Positions 62,376 through 64,000 of a DNA stretch of 64,000 nucleotides are shown here, piece after piece. Positions within the stretch are counted from its first letter, which is position 1. Each line of letters starts with the position of its first letter. The notes under the pieces are model-generated. The model saw only the letters and a list, made by a program, of their open reading frames with translations, was not told the origin of the DNA and did not search any database. The position numbers were made by a program, and so were the translations under genes. The stretch comes from the human T2T-CHM13v2.0 reference genome, Homo sapiens: assembly GCF_009914755.1 (NCBI RefSeq), contig NC_060945.1. One strand, 5' to 3'.

Positions 62376-64000
62376 GGTTCTCTGTATGTTTTTAATAGCA
62401 GTTTGGTGTGGGGAGACACACCGAAAGAGAAATGCAAAGAATGACCTTAGTGAGTTAGAGACAAAATAGACTTCATACTCTCCAAGAAAGTCCCTCTTTC
62501 TAAGAACACTTTTGAGAAGTTAAATTTGGCAAAGAATTCTAGTGTTAGTTTTATATACACATGCATCCATTTCTAATACTATGATTTTTTTTCAAGCACT
62601 TCAGATGGATTTATAAACTCGGAAAGGTAAAATGTGATTTGAACATTTTCTTTTGTCCCTATTAAATAAACATGTCCGTGGAACTTCGCTGTAGATTCCA
62701 TTATACTTAGGCTATGTTTTCCCAACTGGTACTACCAGCCCACGTGTTCTCTGAGGGATCCACTGTTGTGACATACAGAGCCAGTGCTAAAAAAAACAAA
62801 AATGCTGGGTTGAATGCATTTCAAAGATTCAACCAAGTAGTCAACGAAGATGATGACAAACTGTAAAACAAAGATGCCTACAAATTTCTGGACACAGGAG
62901 TAGAAATGAATTATGAAAGTAAGCATCCATCCCACCAATTATGTCTCAAAATCCATATATAATTATTAAACTGAAGTTGCAAAACTGTAGGCATCTCAAG
63001 GCAGATAGGTTCATCCTTTGGAAAAGGGGAGCTCACCACATCAAACACAGCCTGCAGGCCCATAGGCCCAACCAGCCACAATGACTCCCAGGGGAAAAAT
63101 GAGGAAGGAGGATGTCCCAGAACCCAAACGTGTCTTAAATGTTATTCCAAAAGAAACTACTTCTCAACTATCTCTAAAATCCAAATGCATTCCTGGTAGG
63201 ACAGAGCCTACCCTACCACACTCCTGAGGACTGGGAATCTCCGGCTATGCCACACCAGCTTGAAACATCCAACCAAAAGGCATTTGACCAGGCCTTCCAT
63301 TGGACAGCACTACTTTCCTACTGAGGGCTGACATTCTGCAGATAAATTTCCCAAATCCTGTATTTACCACTCTAAGTATTCCTGGGCACTCACACCCACT
63401 GCCATTTGTGAGTCAGAAAGAGGGCTGGCAAGGAAGCCTGGTGGATACACAGACAGAGGTCACAGAATGAGGGTCCCACATGCAGGATTTCAGTCTGATT
63501 TCAAACGATGGAAATAAGAGGCAGGCAACTCACATTTCAATACCAACTTCATGTGCTCTTGAGAAAAGGGAAATATTGAACATTCAGATCAGCTTTTTGC
63601 TTTCTTTTAACTACAAGGTCCCAGCGAAAACATAATCCGTGTCTAACATATCCAATTACTGAGAAAAAGCACGTACATGCTCCTGTGTTCTCTTCACCTG
63701 GCTAGTAACAAAATGGTATATTTTCCCATTTTATTTAATTTTTCTGCTCTCAAAATTACTTCCAGATCCTATTTTTTCTTTAGTTTTCATTTTCATCCTA
63801 CATGAAACCCCCTACTCCTGGAGTAAAAAGGAAAGAAAGAAAAGGAAACAACCACAAGTTAACACGGTATTTTAAAATACAACACCAAAAATATAAAATC
63901 CAGCCACGGCATCTGAGACTGAAAGAAACAAATAAATAATGTGTAAATAAATAATGCAGCACTATCAAGCTAAAAGTTGAGTCTTGGTACATAATATCCA

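Overview
Human (primate) genomic DNA with no credible protein-coding exon. Most ORFs in the supplied track are Alu/L1/LTR/simple-repeat read-throughs; the rest are short, unsupported frames. The one well-supported gene feature is a 177-bp minus-strand internal exon (8415-8591) with a strong polypyrimidine/CAG acceptor, an AAG|GTAGGT donor and three upstream AUGs. From memory, its sequence and length match the last non-coding 5'UTR exon of TIAM1 (chr21); this is unverified here. If correct, the rest of the window is TIAM1 intron. The remainder holds about 46 Alu pieces (about 30 plus, 16 minus), 7 solo LTRs, several DNA-transposon MITEs, L1/L2/MIR remnants and microsatellites. The most unusual items are: the uORF cluster; a ~150-bp direct duplication 2.23 kb apart with a step in identity; a tailless Alu at the GAS-deletion point of a MER41A LTR; a chimeric Alu trimer next to a truncated MLT2 LTR; a twin-priming-type inverted old L1; a four-level nested TE stack; re-used Alu target sites; and several candidate enhancers or cryptic donors. 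I found no evidence for a wholly new biological system. Repeat subfamily names are from recalled consensus sequences, and boundaries of old repeats are approximate.
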